Shown here: piece by piece, positions 1 through 8,373 of the stretch
Numbering within the stretch: position 1 is the first letter of the stretch
Layout: each line of letters starts with the position of its first letter
Virus record (IMG/VR): IMGVR_UViG_3300025769_012369
Coordinates: 1-54,764 of that record
Origin: a virus
Lineage: Duplodnaviria > Caudoviricetes
Direction: 5' to 3' (one strand)
DNA: 54,764 nt
Notes under the pieces: model-generated
The model's input: the letters and a program-made list of their open reading frames with translations, nothing else
The model's database searches: none
What the model was told of the DNA's origin: nothing
Made by a program: the position numbers and the translations under genes

Positions 1-154
1 ACTGATTTTCTTGACATAGGCCCCCTTCGCTCCCTTGCCCGCGGTCAGTTTCCAATGCACCGTGCCGCTCCATACGTTCTCGCTCATGCTGGTCGAGCTG
101 AGTGCTGTTTCAACGAGCACCTGGCCGGGCTTCAAGTTGAGTGCCGCTTGCTGA
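1..154. repeat. Terminal direct repeat, left copy (contig circularisation overlap)
   Basis: Bases 1-154 match 54611-54764 except G127 vs A54737. The repeat lies inside a reading frame that continues across the join. Confidence 0.97.
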
Positions 155-3100
155 TCCTTCTTCGATGAAAAGTTGATCTTCCGGCTGAGCATGGTCCCGG
201 GTTCAAGCGGCTTACTTGCTTTCTCGACGGCCTCCATCGCTTTCTTTGCGCCGGGTAGCGGGTTCAGCTTCCTCATGGAGTCGTTCCACTTCCCGTAATA
301 GGTGTTCCCCGTGTACATCCTGATGTGGTCAATGTCGATTTTCTCGACGCCGTCCACTCCTGCCGTTGGCGTGAACTCGTTCATGAGCTTATTCATCTCC
401 GAAGTCGAGGCCCAGGGTTTGACCGCTGGTGGTGGCGGCGGTGTGCCTCCAGGGATGTCGTCAAGCTGTAGGTAGGCTCCCAGTTCAGAGAACTTGACCG
501 TGCCCTTGCCCTTGGTGTCGAACTTCTTGATGGCCTCCGAAAAGTTCTTCTTCTTGGTGACCTCATCGACCACTTCCTTGTGGTATTCCTTGAGGCTCTC
601 AGGGAGGTCTTTCGCCATGCTGGCCAGGGCCTTGGTCTTCCCCTGCTTTGCCAGGGTAGTGATCTTCTTCGCCAAGGTGGCCTGGGTGTCCGGATCGTGT
701 TCCAGCACCTCCTGCGCGAACTGTTTGAGTTTGGGCGACGGTGGCAGGGTGGCGATGTAGGCCTTCAGCTTGGTCTTGTCCTTGAGCTTGGCCAGCTTCT
801 TCAGTTCCTTCACTGCCGCCTTGTTCGATTCGACCTGTTTCTTGTTACTGCTGACGAAATTCGGTTCGGCCGGGAAGGCCGTCGACGGAGCATCCGGCAG
901 GACGAGGTTCATCGGGTTGTCGATGGTCTCGTCTCCCTGGGTGCCGCCCGTGGGGAACGGTTCCATCTCTCCCGGCTCAAAGGTGCCGTCGATCAGGGAC
1001 TGCTGCAGGGCCTTCTTATAGGCGTGGGTCTTCTTCTCGTAGTAGTTGCCCTTCTCCCAGGTCGCGATCTTGTCGAGCTTGGTCGTGTCGCCCGTTTCAT
1101 AGGCCTCCTTCGCCGCCTTCCAAATCTTATTCACCTTGGCCGTGGCGTGCGCGTTGGTCCACTTGCCCGGCTTCGGTGGGTAGCCTGGGACCGGCTTCGG
1201 TGCTGGTGCCTTGGGTCCGGTCGCCTCGGGTGCCGGGGCAGGCTTGTTGACAGGCTGCTCAGTCTTGGGCTTGTCCGGCAATGCCTTGGCCTCCAAGTCG
1301 GCCTGCCACTTGGCGATGTTGTCACGCCGCTTCTTCAAGCGATCGGTCATGGCTGCTTTGTCGGCCTTGGTCCCGTGGCCATACTTGTCGACCACCTTCT
1401 TGATCTGGTCGTCACTCAGGCTTGTGACCTTCTTCGCGGACTCGATCAACTGCAGGTCGGTCATCTTGCCGTATACCTTGGCTGCCCACGGGTTCTTCGC
1501 GGGGTCGCGCATGTCGTTGACCTCGTCGGCGTTGTCGTTCCAGTCCGCGCCCTTGCTGGCCCCCTGAGCGCGGAACTCCAGTGCGCCGCCCACGTCCACG
1601 ACCTTGATGCCTTCGTCGGTCATCAGGGTGTTGTCGCCCCCGGTGCCGATGCTGTCCCAGTTGGCCAGCCAGGCGTGCGTCACAAAATCCTTCTGCGCTT
1701 GGTGGATGTAGTTCGGCGTCTTGAGGCTGTCGCCGATCTTCACCCCGTCCTTCCATTCGGTCGCTACAGCCGCTTCCGAGCCCTCAGTCTTGGCCGGGTG
1801 ATACTTGGCCACCCCGGCACCGGCCAGGTCGGTCAGGCGTGCGGCCAAGATTTCGTTGGCGGCGTGCTTCGCGCTCTTGGGTGTCTTGACGTAGAACTTC
1901 TGCCCGTTCAGTTCCATCTGCTGCCCCATGTTGGACCCAAGTTGCCCGCCGACCACCTTGGCCTGGCTGAAGTCCAGGACGCCGGACTCCGCTGCAGGTG
2001 ATTCGCTGGGGGCGTCGGTCAGGGCCTCGGCCGTGTTGCCCGCCTTGATCTTGGCGATGGCGAGGGCCTGCGCCCAGGCAACGGCCTTCTGGGTGCTGCT
2101 GGGTTTGTCGGTGTTGATCGGGGTGTATTCCTCCAGGGTGGTCAGGTCGCCCTCGGCCTCCAGCTTCTTGATCCAGCCGACCTTGTTGGTTGCCCACTTG
2201 GGAGGCCCGCCCTTCTTCCCGGCCCATTGCTCAACGTCGGGGTAGCCGTCGTCATCGGTCGCGCCCTTGTATTTCCATCCAGGCTTCACGCCCTTGGGTT
2301 TGATGGTGCCGATCTTGGCTGCAGACTTGTCGGACGTGGTCGCCTTGGGCTTCGGTTCCGGCTCAGGCTCCGCTGCCTGGTCTTCCTCCGTGGTCACCAG
2401 GGCTTTGACCTGGTCGGGCTGCACGAACTGCATGTCGCCCGCGGAGTCCTCAAACAGCAGGCCGTCCTGCTCCCCGTCGTTCTCCCATCCGTGGACCGTG
2501 CCCCCGACTAGGATGCCGTCGATCTCCGCGACAACCTCGGAACCCTTGCCTGCATCCATCACCTGGTCAGCGGTGGGGTTGTGGTTGGCTTTCTCCGGTG
2601 TGACTAGCTCGGATTCAATGTCCTGTTTGCTTGCTTCTTCGACTACGCCCGTCTCCATCGTCTCGACGCTGGACGGTGGCACGTTTTCATTCGTCACCCC
2701 GTTTTCGTCCTCGATGACCATCGTGCCATCTTCGTTGATCTGCTTCACCTCACCCTGCAGGCCGGACTCCAGTTCATTGACCTCGTCGCCGACTGAAAGT
2801 TCGGTGCCGTCTACGTCGGTGGTCTTGAGCTTGGGCGCAGACTGAACGGCTTCGATCTGGGCCTCCTCGATCAGCATCTCGCCGCCGCCGCCCTTGGAGT
2901 CCGCTACCCACGTCTCCGTGGCCTCGTCATAGTCGACCAGGGTGTATTCGGTGTCCCCTTCCCCGGCGATCTTCACCTTGTCGCCGTAGCCAACGGGCGT
3001 GCCTGGTCCGACCTTCTTCCAATCACCCTTCGCCTGGTCTCCCTGGGCCTTGCCGTTGCCCTTCTTCTCGCCGCCCTTGCTGGCGTCCCCGGCTCCCGCG

Positions 3101-4584
3101 TGACATTCCTTGTTCGGCGAGATGAACCCGTCGCCGCAGGGAACCCCGCCACTGCCCTTGTCGTCGGCGTTTCTGATGGCCCGTCCTGCGTCGGAATCGC
3201 GGCCAGGAGCGATTTGCCCGGTCCCTCGGCTATGCTCAGGCTCCAAAAGGCCCCGATGCCGCAGAAAGCGATTCTTGCGGGCCTCGATCCAGGACGCCAC
3301 CGGGGCCGTGGTGTCCCCTTTCTGAAGCCAGGTCGCGAACTCGGCGGCTTTCATGGAAGTCACCCCGCCAATGCGGGCCGGTCCCAGGCCGTCAGAGAAT
3401 GCGGCCGTGTAAGCCTGGACGGCCATCTGCCGGGACGGGAACCCGATCATGGCCTTGCCCTCGTCATACTCCCCGGTCATGGGGTGGATTTGGTCGATCA
3501 CGTAGACGTAGGGTGCCTCGAAATTGTCGAACAGGTAGCAGTCGAACGGTTCGCCGTCTGCCGCCCGGTGCCCATTGATCCGGCCGTAATAGGTCGGCAT
3601 CTGGACAGACCATGCTTCCCCGCGGTGGTCGGTGCCTGACCTGGTCTCGCCTGGTAGGTATTCGATCACAATGCCCAGGCCGTGAAACGGGAACCGCATC
3701 CCGTCCCTGGTCAGCTCGACCGCTGGCCCTGGTTGGGGGCCTCCCCGGTTCGTCAGGGCGGTCAGCACGTCGCCGATGAACTGGAAGCCTGGTCCCAGGG
3801 ACTTCAGCAGGGCGTCCTTGAACGGGTCGTCCAGCTTGATGGTGGCCTGCAGGTCGTCGTTGAATCCCAGATCGGCCTTCTTCACCTCCTGGCCCACCTT
3901 GATGATGCCCAGGCGTTCGGCTTCGTCACGGTCGACATCCATCACATCCATGCCACTGTTGAAATCGAACGGGGGATAGGGTTGGCCGAAACGGCTGATC
4001 TTGGTCCAGATCGGATCATTCTTCAGGGCGATCATGCGGCCGTTGTAGAGCTTGCCCCCTGCAGCCCTCCACCTGCGCGGCCAGTCACGCGGCTCGAAAC
4101 GGTCTTCGGCGCGGAACAGCTCCTGCGCGGGCCATAGGTCCAGCACGGTCTCGTCCTGGCCTTGTTGCCAATAGCCGTAGCCTCGGGCCATCTCGGTGTT
4201 CGTCTTGATGATCAGGTTCAGCCGCTGGTCGGATGACAAGTCGCGGATGGTGCCCTTGTGTTCGCCGGGGTCGTAGCCCATGCGGGCGTGAATGTCCTTC
4301 AGCTTGGCGCGGGCCGTGCCGATGTCCAGGCCTTCGGTGTAGACCCCGGCCGGTGCGCTTGGGTCGAGCTTTTGCTGCGGGGCCAGGATGTCGTTGATCA
4401 CCGCATCCAGCTCCTTCAGGTAGGCCGCGTTCGCCGTGCGTGCGCTGAACCTGGCGCGGGCCTTCAGGGATGCGTCCAGCTTCTCCAGGTCTGCACTCGA
4501 CAGGGTGGTGGGGACGATCCGCTTGACCTTGGTGCTGTCCAGGGCCTCCTCGAAATCAACAGGCTGGTCGAACAGGTTGCTCAT
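1..4584 (-). CDS. MuF-family head morphogenesis protein fused to inorganic-pyrophosphatase-like, HipA/PI3K-like kinase and ADP-ribosyltransferase domains; continues across the join to 54479 (1571 aa total)
   Basis: Translated by hand: ATG at 4584 (MSNLFDQPVDFEEAL), no in-frame stop down to base 1, then continues at 54610. MuF-like motifs RLNLIIKTNTEMARGYG and PYPPFDFNSGM. InPase-like segment IEYLPGETRSGTD...YYGRI...DGEPFDCYL...YDEGKAMIGF. Kinase motifs GGQLGSN/FYVK/NEILAARL/WLANWD...DN/VDVGG. ART motifs LSRK/SSTS/NEGEVLLP. Position after gp36 fits a Mu-like head operon. Confidence 0.88.
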   Translation of the reverse strand, partial: MSNLFDQPVDFEEALDSTKVKRIVPTTLSSADLEKLDASLKARARFSARTANAAYLKELDAVINDILAPQQKLDPSAPAGVYTEGLDIGTARAKLKDIHARMGYDPGEHKGTIRDLSSDQRLNLIIKTNTEMARGYGYWQQGQDETVLDLWPAQELFRAEDRFEPRDWPRRWRAAGGKLYNGRMIALKNDPIWTKISRFGQPYPPFDFNSGMDVMDVDRDEAERLGIIKVGQEVKKADLGFNDDLQATIKLDDPFKDALLKSLGPGFQFIGDVLTALTNRGGPQPGPAVELTRDGMRFPFHGLGIVIEYLPGETRSGTDHRGEAWSVQMPTYYGRINGHRAADGEPFDCYLFDNFEAPYVYVIDQIHPMTGEYDEGKAMIGFPSRQMAVQAYTAAFSDGLGPARIGGVTSMKAAEFATWLQKGDTTAPVASWIEARKNRFLRHRGLLEPEHSRGTGQIAPGRDSDAGRAIRNADDKGSGGVPCGDGFISPNKECHAGAGDASKGGEKKGNGKAQGDQAKGDWKKVGPGTPVGYGDKVKIAGEGDTEYTLVDYDEATETWVADSKGGGGEMLIEEAQIEAVQSAPKLKTTDVDGTELSVGDEVNELESGLQGEVKQINEDGTMVIEDENGVTNENVPPSSVETMETGVVEEASKQDIESELVTPEKANHNPTADQVMDAGKGSEVVAEIDGILVGGTVHGWENDGEQDGLLFEDSAGDMQFVQPDQVKALVTTEEDQAAEPEPEPKPKATTSDKSAAKIGTIKPKGVKPGWKYKGATDDDGYPDVEQWAGKKGGPPKWATNKVGWIKKLEAEGDLTTLEEYTPINTDKPSSTQKAVAWAQALAIAKIKAGNTAEALTDAPSESPAAESGVLDFSQAKVVGGQLGSNMGQQMELNGQKFYVKTPKSAKHAANEILAARLTDLAGAGVAKYHPAKTEGSEAAVATEWKDGVKIGDSLKTPNYIHQAQKDFVTHAWLANWDSIGTGGDNTLMTDEGIKVVDVGGALEFRAQGASKGADWNDNADEVNDMRDPAKNPWAAKVYGKMTDLQLIESAKKVTSLSDDQIKKVVDKYGHGTKADKAAMTDRLKKRRDNIAKWQADLEAKALPDKPKTEQPVNKPAPAPEATGPKAPAPKPVPGYPPKPGKWTNAHATAKVNKIWKAAKEAYETGDTTKLDKIATWEKGNYYEKKTHAYKKALQQSLIDGTFEPGEMEPFPTGGTQGDETIDNPMNLVLPDAPSTAFPAEPNFVSSNKKQVESNKAAVKELKKLAKLKDKTKLKAYIATLPPSPKLKQFAQEVLEHDPDTQATLAKKITTLAKQGKTKALASMAKDLPESLKEYHKEVVDEVTKKKNFSEAIKKFDTKGKGTVKFSELGAYLQLDDIPGGTPPPPPAVKPWASTSEMNKLMNEFTPTAGVDGVEKIDIDHIRMYTGNTYYGKWNDSMRKLNPLPGAKKAMEAVEKASKPLEPGTMLSRKINFSSKKDQQAALNLKPGQVLVETALSSTSMSENVWSGTVHWKLTAGKGAKGAYVKKIS

Positions 4585-4588
4585 TGCG

Positions 4589-5035
4589 TCAGATCACCGC
4601 CTGGTTGTCTCCCTTCCACATGCTGGTGCGTGCGACGATGCTCGGTTTCGGTGAACCGATGACCTCGTCCTCGGGCGTGATTGCTTCCTCGATCTCAAAG
4701 TCACCACGCGCCACCGCCTGCAGCAGCATACGGCCTTCCCTGGCTGCGTCCTTGCGGACACCGTCGGGGTCGATGATCACGCCACCGGCTCGGGACATGA
4801 TCTGCATGATGATCAGGGCGACCACGGCGCGGATCAGTTTGCTCGGGATGGTCAGGCCGTCCTCCAGGGTGAACTGCTTGGCGATGTAGCCTCGCGCCTC
4901 GTCCACAACGTCGGTGATGGTTTCGGCAATGGGGTCGTCGTCTCCGACTCCCACAACTGCCGCACGAAACGCGCTCAGTTCTGCATCGCTGAGCTGCCTT
5001 TCGATGTCCGCTTCGGTAATCGTTCGCCAAGCCAT
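4589..5035 (-). CDS. Mu gp36-like head-tail connector (DUF1320-like)
   Basis: MAWRTITEADIERQLS...DEARGYIAKQF...LLQAVARG resembles the gp36 family; follows the capsid gene. Start placed at ATG 5035, downstream of the terminator. Confidence 0.75.
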   Translation of the reverse strand: MAWRTITEADIERQLSDAELSAFRAAVVGVGDDDPIAETITDVVDEARGYIAKQFTLEDGLTIPSKLIRAVVALIIMQIMSRAGGVIIDPDGVRKDAAREGRMLLQAVARGDFEIEEAITPEDEVIGSPKPSIVARTSMWKGDNQAVI

Positions 5036-5051
5036 GGCTACACGGAAACAG

Positions 5052-5083
5052 AAAAGGGGCACCCCGTCAATGCAGGGTGCCCC
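5052..5083 (-). terminator. Intrinsic terminator after the major capsid gene
   Basis: Minus strand reads GGGGCACCC-loop-GGGTGCCCC followed by TTTT. Confidence 0.75.
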
Positions 5084-5104
5084 GTGATTCAGGTCCAGGG
5101 TCGT

Positions 5105-6031
5105 TTACGACGCCGAGACGGTGAGCAGTTTGCCCGCAGGGGCGTTGATCACCTTGATGTCCTCGGACCAGTCGAACTTCGCGATCTCCACACGGCCGTC
5201 GTCGCGGTCGTAGGAACCGGGCACCATGTATTGCCCCGCCAAACGGAACGTCTTCATGAAGCTCGGGTCACGCCGGGTCGGGGACTCGCGCCGGGCGAAG
5301 ATCAGGACGGCCGCATCGAGCAAAAAGCTCATGCTGGATGCCTTACCCTCGGCAGCGGTGTCCTCTACCATGTAGCTGCAGCGGACCTCGGGGTTGCCCA
5401 GGAGCAGACCGGAGGCCTGTTCCGTGGTCACGTTCGGGATCGCGCTGCGAACCGCGTTGGTGAACCGGGCACGCACCTTGTCGGCGTTCTTGAACAAACG
5501 CCAGGCGGTCGCACCGAACAGCACGCCGACACCCATGAGGGAACCGTAGGCTGCGGCCTTGATGACCTCCAGGATCTGTTCGTCGATGTCATCGACAGGG
5601 TCCGCGCTGCTGTCCCAGACCTTTGCGCTCGGGGTCAGGGCGGCAACGCCAGCGGCCAAGACGCGCTTCTCATGGGCCAAGGCAGAAACCTCGGCGATCA
5701 GGTCAGCACCTTCCTTGATCGCGGACTCAAGCTGCGCCTCTTCCAGTTCCTCCAACTTGTCGACCGGGAAGTCGAGAGCGTGCGGCTCGCAGTTGTAGGT
5801 CTGGTCCTCGGCGTCGAAGCTGAGTTCCGTTGCGCGTCCACCCAGGCCACGCAAGGTGTCCGGAATGTGAAAGCGGTGTTTCTCGTCGTATTTCTTGTAC
5901 CGGCCAACGGAGGTCGGAACCTCCACGGTCGGGGCCAAGAAATCGGCGACCGGCTGGATCGCGGTTTGTGCCGCGCCCTGGGCGTATTCCCGAATGATCG
6001 GGTTGGAACTGAGGTCGGATAGTCTTCCCAT
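5105..6031 (-). CDS. Major capsid protein (HK97 fold)
   Basis: 308 aa, after the protease and decoration genes and followed by a terminator; ADFLAPTVEV...WDSSADPVDDI pattern typical of capsid-E-like proteins. Confidence 0.8.
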   Translation of the reverse strand: MGRLSDLSSNPIIREYAQGAAQTAIQPVADFLAPTVEVPTSVGRYKKYDEKHRFHIPDTLRGLGGRATELSFDAEDQTYNCEPHALDFPVDKLEELEEAQLESAIKEGADLIAEVSALAHEKRVLAAGVAALTPSAKVWDSSADPVDDIDEQILEVIKAAAYGSLMGVGVLFGATAWRLFKNADKVRARFTNAVRSAIPNVTTEQASGLLLGNPEVRCSYMVEDTAAEGKASSMSFLLDAAVLIFARRESPTRRDPSFMKTFRLAGQYMVPGSYDRDDGRVEIAKFDWSEDIKVINAPAGKLLTVSAS

Positions 6032-6092
6032 CGTCTTATTCTTTCGTTCGTGGTTGTTGTCGGTTTGTTGCCGTCGCTAGGTCAGCCCCTGC

Positions 6093-6839
6093 TTACACGG
6101 TGGTGACGGGGGGACCGGCCACGCCGGACAGTCCGACGATGATCCAGCCGACCGTATCGTCGACGTATTCCAGTTCAGCCCGGTCCCCGGCATCCGCGAA
6201 CTCGATGGTCGCCCATCCGGTTGAGGTGGCAGGGGTCAGGGTTCCGGCACCGCCGTCGACAACCAGCGTGATGCTGAGTCGCTGCCCGGCAACGCCGTCT
6301 GCGAGGGTCAGGGCCTCGACCCCGCCCGTGGTCTTGCTCACGTGCCGGTGGGTGACCGGGATGACGAGCGTTGCACCGGCCACGGCGACGTTGCCGCCAC
6401 CGGGAACAGTGACCTGACGAGGGTCAGGGCGCACGCGGACCAGGGCACCGGCGTCGGCGTCCTTGTCGGCGATACCCGGCGAGAACACTTCCTCGGGGCC
6501 GGTTGCGCTGGACGAACGGAGCGCACGCACCTTGCCCTTGTCGGCAGCGGTGGTTACGTCCGCGAGTTCAACGCGCTGGCCCGCCTGGATGCCGTCCTTC
6601 GCGACTAGGAACACGTTGCGGTTGGGGTTGAGCGGCCGAACATCGGACGCTTCATCTTCGCCCAGGCCGTTCTCGACGACGTAGAGGGCGCGGTCACTTT
6701 GTGCGGTGGGCAGCAGAACTTCCGGTGTGTTGGCGTCCTTGCGGGACATCTTGACCAGGTAGCTCTCCTTGCCAACGAGGGTCTCACCAGAGTTGACCGG
6801 GTAGATGCCCTCCTGCGTGTTGCTTTGGAGTGGATTCAT
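6093..6839 (-). CDS. Capsid decoration/cement-like protein with beta-rich C-terminal extension
   Basis: 248 aa between scaffold and capsid genes; Gly/Ala/Val/Thr-rich beta composition. Confidence 0.55.
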   Translation of the reverse strand: MNPLQSNTQEGIYPVNSGETLVGKESYLVKMSRKDANTPEVLLPTAQSDRALYVVENGLGEDEASDVRPLNPNRNVFLVAKDGIQAGQRVELADVTTAADKGKVRALRSSSATGPEEVFSPGIADKDADAGALVRVRPDPRQVTVPGGGNVAVAGATLVIPVTHRHVSKTTGGVEALTLADGVAGQRLSITLVVDGGAGTLTPATSTGWATIEFADAGDRAELEYVDDTVGWIIVGLSGVAGPPVTTV

Positions 6840-6903
6840 TGGATCTTATTCCTTCGGTTTTTGGTTTCGGGGTTGGTCCCTTCGGGTCTTCCTCTGGGGT
6901 GAT

Positions 6904-8373
6904 TCAGATCTGCTCGACGACTTCTTTCTGAGCCATTGCGAACGCACGGCGGTAGGGCACCCGCAGGCTGGCCTGCAGTTCCTTCGCCCGGTTGGCGATC
7001 TTGTTTGCATTGGTGGTCGCCTGGGTGCTGGCCTGGTCCTTGGTCAGCTCGGGCGCGGCGGGCCGCTGTTCGCGGTTGTAAACCGGCGCAGGCCGGTTCG
7101 CCTTGGTCGTCGGTTTCTTCGCCTTGATGGCCTTCAGGAGCTTGATCGTGCCGGTGCGGTTGGCCAGGAGCTGCCTGCGCATTTCCTGGGGGTCACCGAT
7201 CACGGATTCATAGTCCTTCAGATCGCGCTCGACCAACTCGTTCAGCATTCCGCTGTTGCGGTTGCGAAGCCGGTTGACGTATTCGTCCTTCTCCTCATCG
7301 TCCATGTTGGCGATTTCCTCGTCGGTCGGGTCGTCCTCGCTGTTCATCACCTTGTTGGGGTCTTCTTCTTCCCCAGGGGTGGCCATGTTGGCGGTGGGAT
7401 ACTCAAGCTCCTTCGGGTCTGTCTTGGGCGGCGTGGGTTTCTGCTGCTGCGCCATGTTGGACATGGTGCCATCGACAGCGGCCTGAACCTGCTCGTCGGT
7501 TGCCTCTGGTGGGAGACCGAGCAGGGACAGCAACATAGTTCTGTAGTCCATGGTATTTTGGTTCCTTACGGGTTTGCTCGCTCCGCAGTTGGGTTCCACT
7601 GAGCGGTTGTCGTTTGACAAGGGCACCATGCCCTTGAGGTTGGGGTCATTGGTCAACGCCAGGCTGTCCAGGCGCAGGGGACGCAGGCGACCATTTCCTG
7701 CATCCTCCATCTCGTCGCGCAGCCATACCGGCGACACAAGACGATAGTCTCCGTTCTCGACTGCCTCCCGGCCGGTCTTTGACCAGCGGATGCGTGCCCA
7801 GAGTCCATTCGGCCGGTTCTGCATCGCGGTGATCCAACCGGCTGCACGGCTCTCATGGTTCACGTCCAGGCTGAAGTGGTCGAAGTCGACCAGCACGCCT
7901 GGGAAGTTGGGTTCCTTGGAGGCTTTTCGGAAAGCGTTCAGCATTGCACCCATCGCTTGTTCGTCGAGTAGTTGTTCGGTGCCGCTCTCTCGGTGGGTGA
8001 ACTGCCCCTTGGGTGCGATGTGGTACCAGCCGTCTTTCGGGAGGCTGAACCCGTCCTGGGTTCCCTGGTCCCGATTGATCAGGGTGCACTTGCCAGTCAT
8101 GCAGTCGGACCGGCCTCGGTTGGCGATCTTCCGGTTGCGGAGTAGGGCGCGGGCAAGGCGGGCCTGATGAGATTCGTTCTGTGGCGTTGTGGCGGGCTTG
8201 GGCTGTGGTGTGCCCTGGGAACGGTTGCGAAGCCGTGTCGCGCCCGTGGGGACGCCGGAACCGGCCCCCTGGTTGATCGTGGGGGCAATGGAACGGGTCT
8301 CCTGGTCCACGGGCTGCGTGATCGACCGGAATCCGGTCGTTCGCTGTGGGCCTTTGAATGCCGTCTTCTTCAT
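6904..8373 (-). CDS. Mu I-type prohead protease with C-terminal scaffold
   Basis: VLVDFDHFS, AAGWI, LWARIRWS...YRLVSPVW, LALTNDPNL protease motifs, then LLGLPPEATDEQV and an acidic/helical scaffold region. Confidence 0.88.
   Translation of the reverse strand: MKKTAFKGPQRTTGFRSITQPVDQETRSIAPTINQGAGSGVPTGATRLRNRSQGTPQPKPATTPQNESHQARLARALLRNRKIANRGRSDCMTGKCTLINRDQGTQDGFSLPKDGWYHIAPKGQFTHRESGTEQLLDEQAMGAMLNAFRKASKEPNFPGVLVDFDHFSLDVNHESRAAGWITAMQNRPNGLWARIRWSKTGREAVENGDYRLVSPVWLRDEMEDAGNGRLRPLRLDSLALTNDPNLKGMVPLSNDNRSVEPNCGASKPVRNQNTMDYRTMLLSLLGLPPEATDEQVQAAVDGTMSNMAQQQKPTPPKTDPKELEYPTANMATPGEEEDPNKVMNSEDDPTDEEIANMDDEEKDEYVNRLRNRNSGMLNELVERDLKDYESVIGDPQEMRRQLLANRTGTIKLLKAIKAKKPTTKANRPAPVYNREQRPAAPELTKDQASTQATTNANKIANRAKELQASLRVPYRRAFAMAQKEVVEQI

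Noticed and set aside
1-154. Biological direct terminal repeat (T7-like ends)
   Set aside because: The repeat interrupts a coding sequence mid-domain and is better explained by assembly of a circular or permuted genome.
580-2001. Long plus-strand ORFs (473 aa here; also 5084-6022, 28059-29237, 32901-34109, 47449-49518)
   Set aside because: They are antisense shadows of well-supported minus-strand genes in GC-rich DNA, have no recognisable motifs and show the composition typical of reverse-frame translation.
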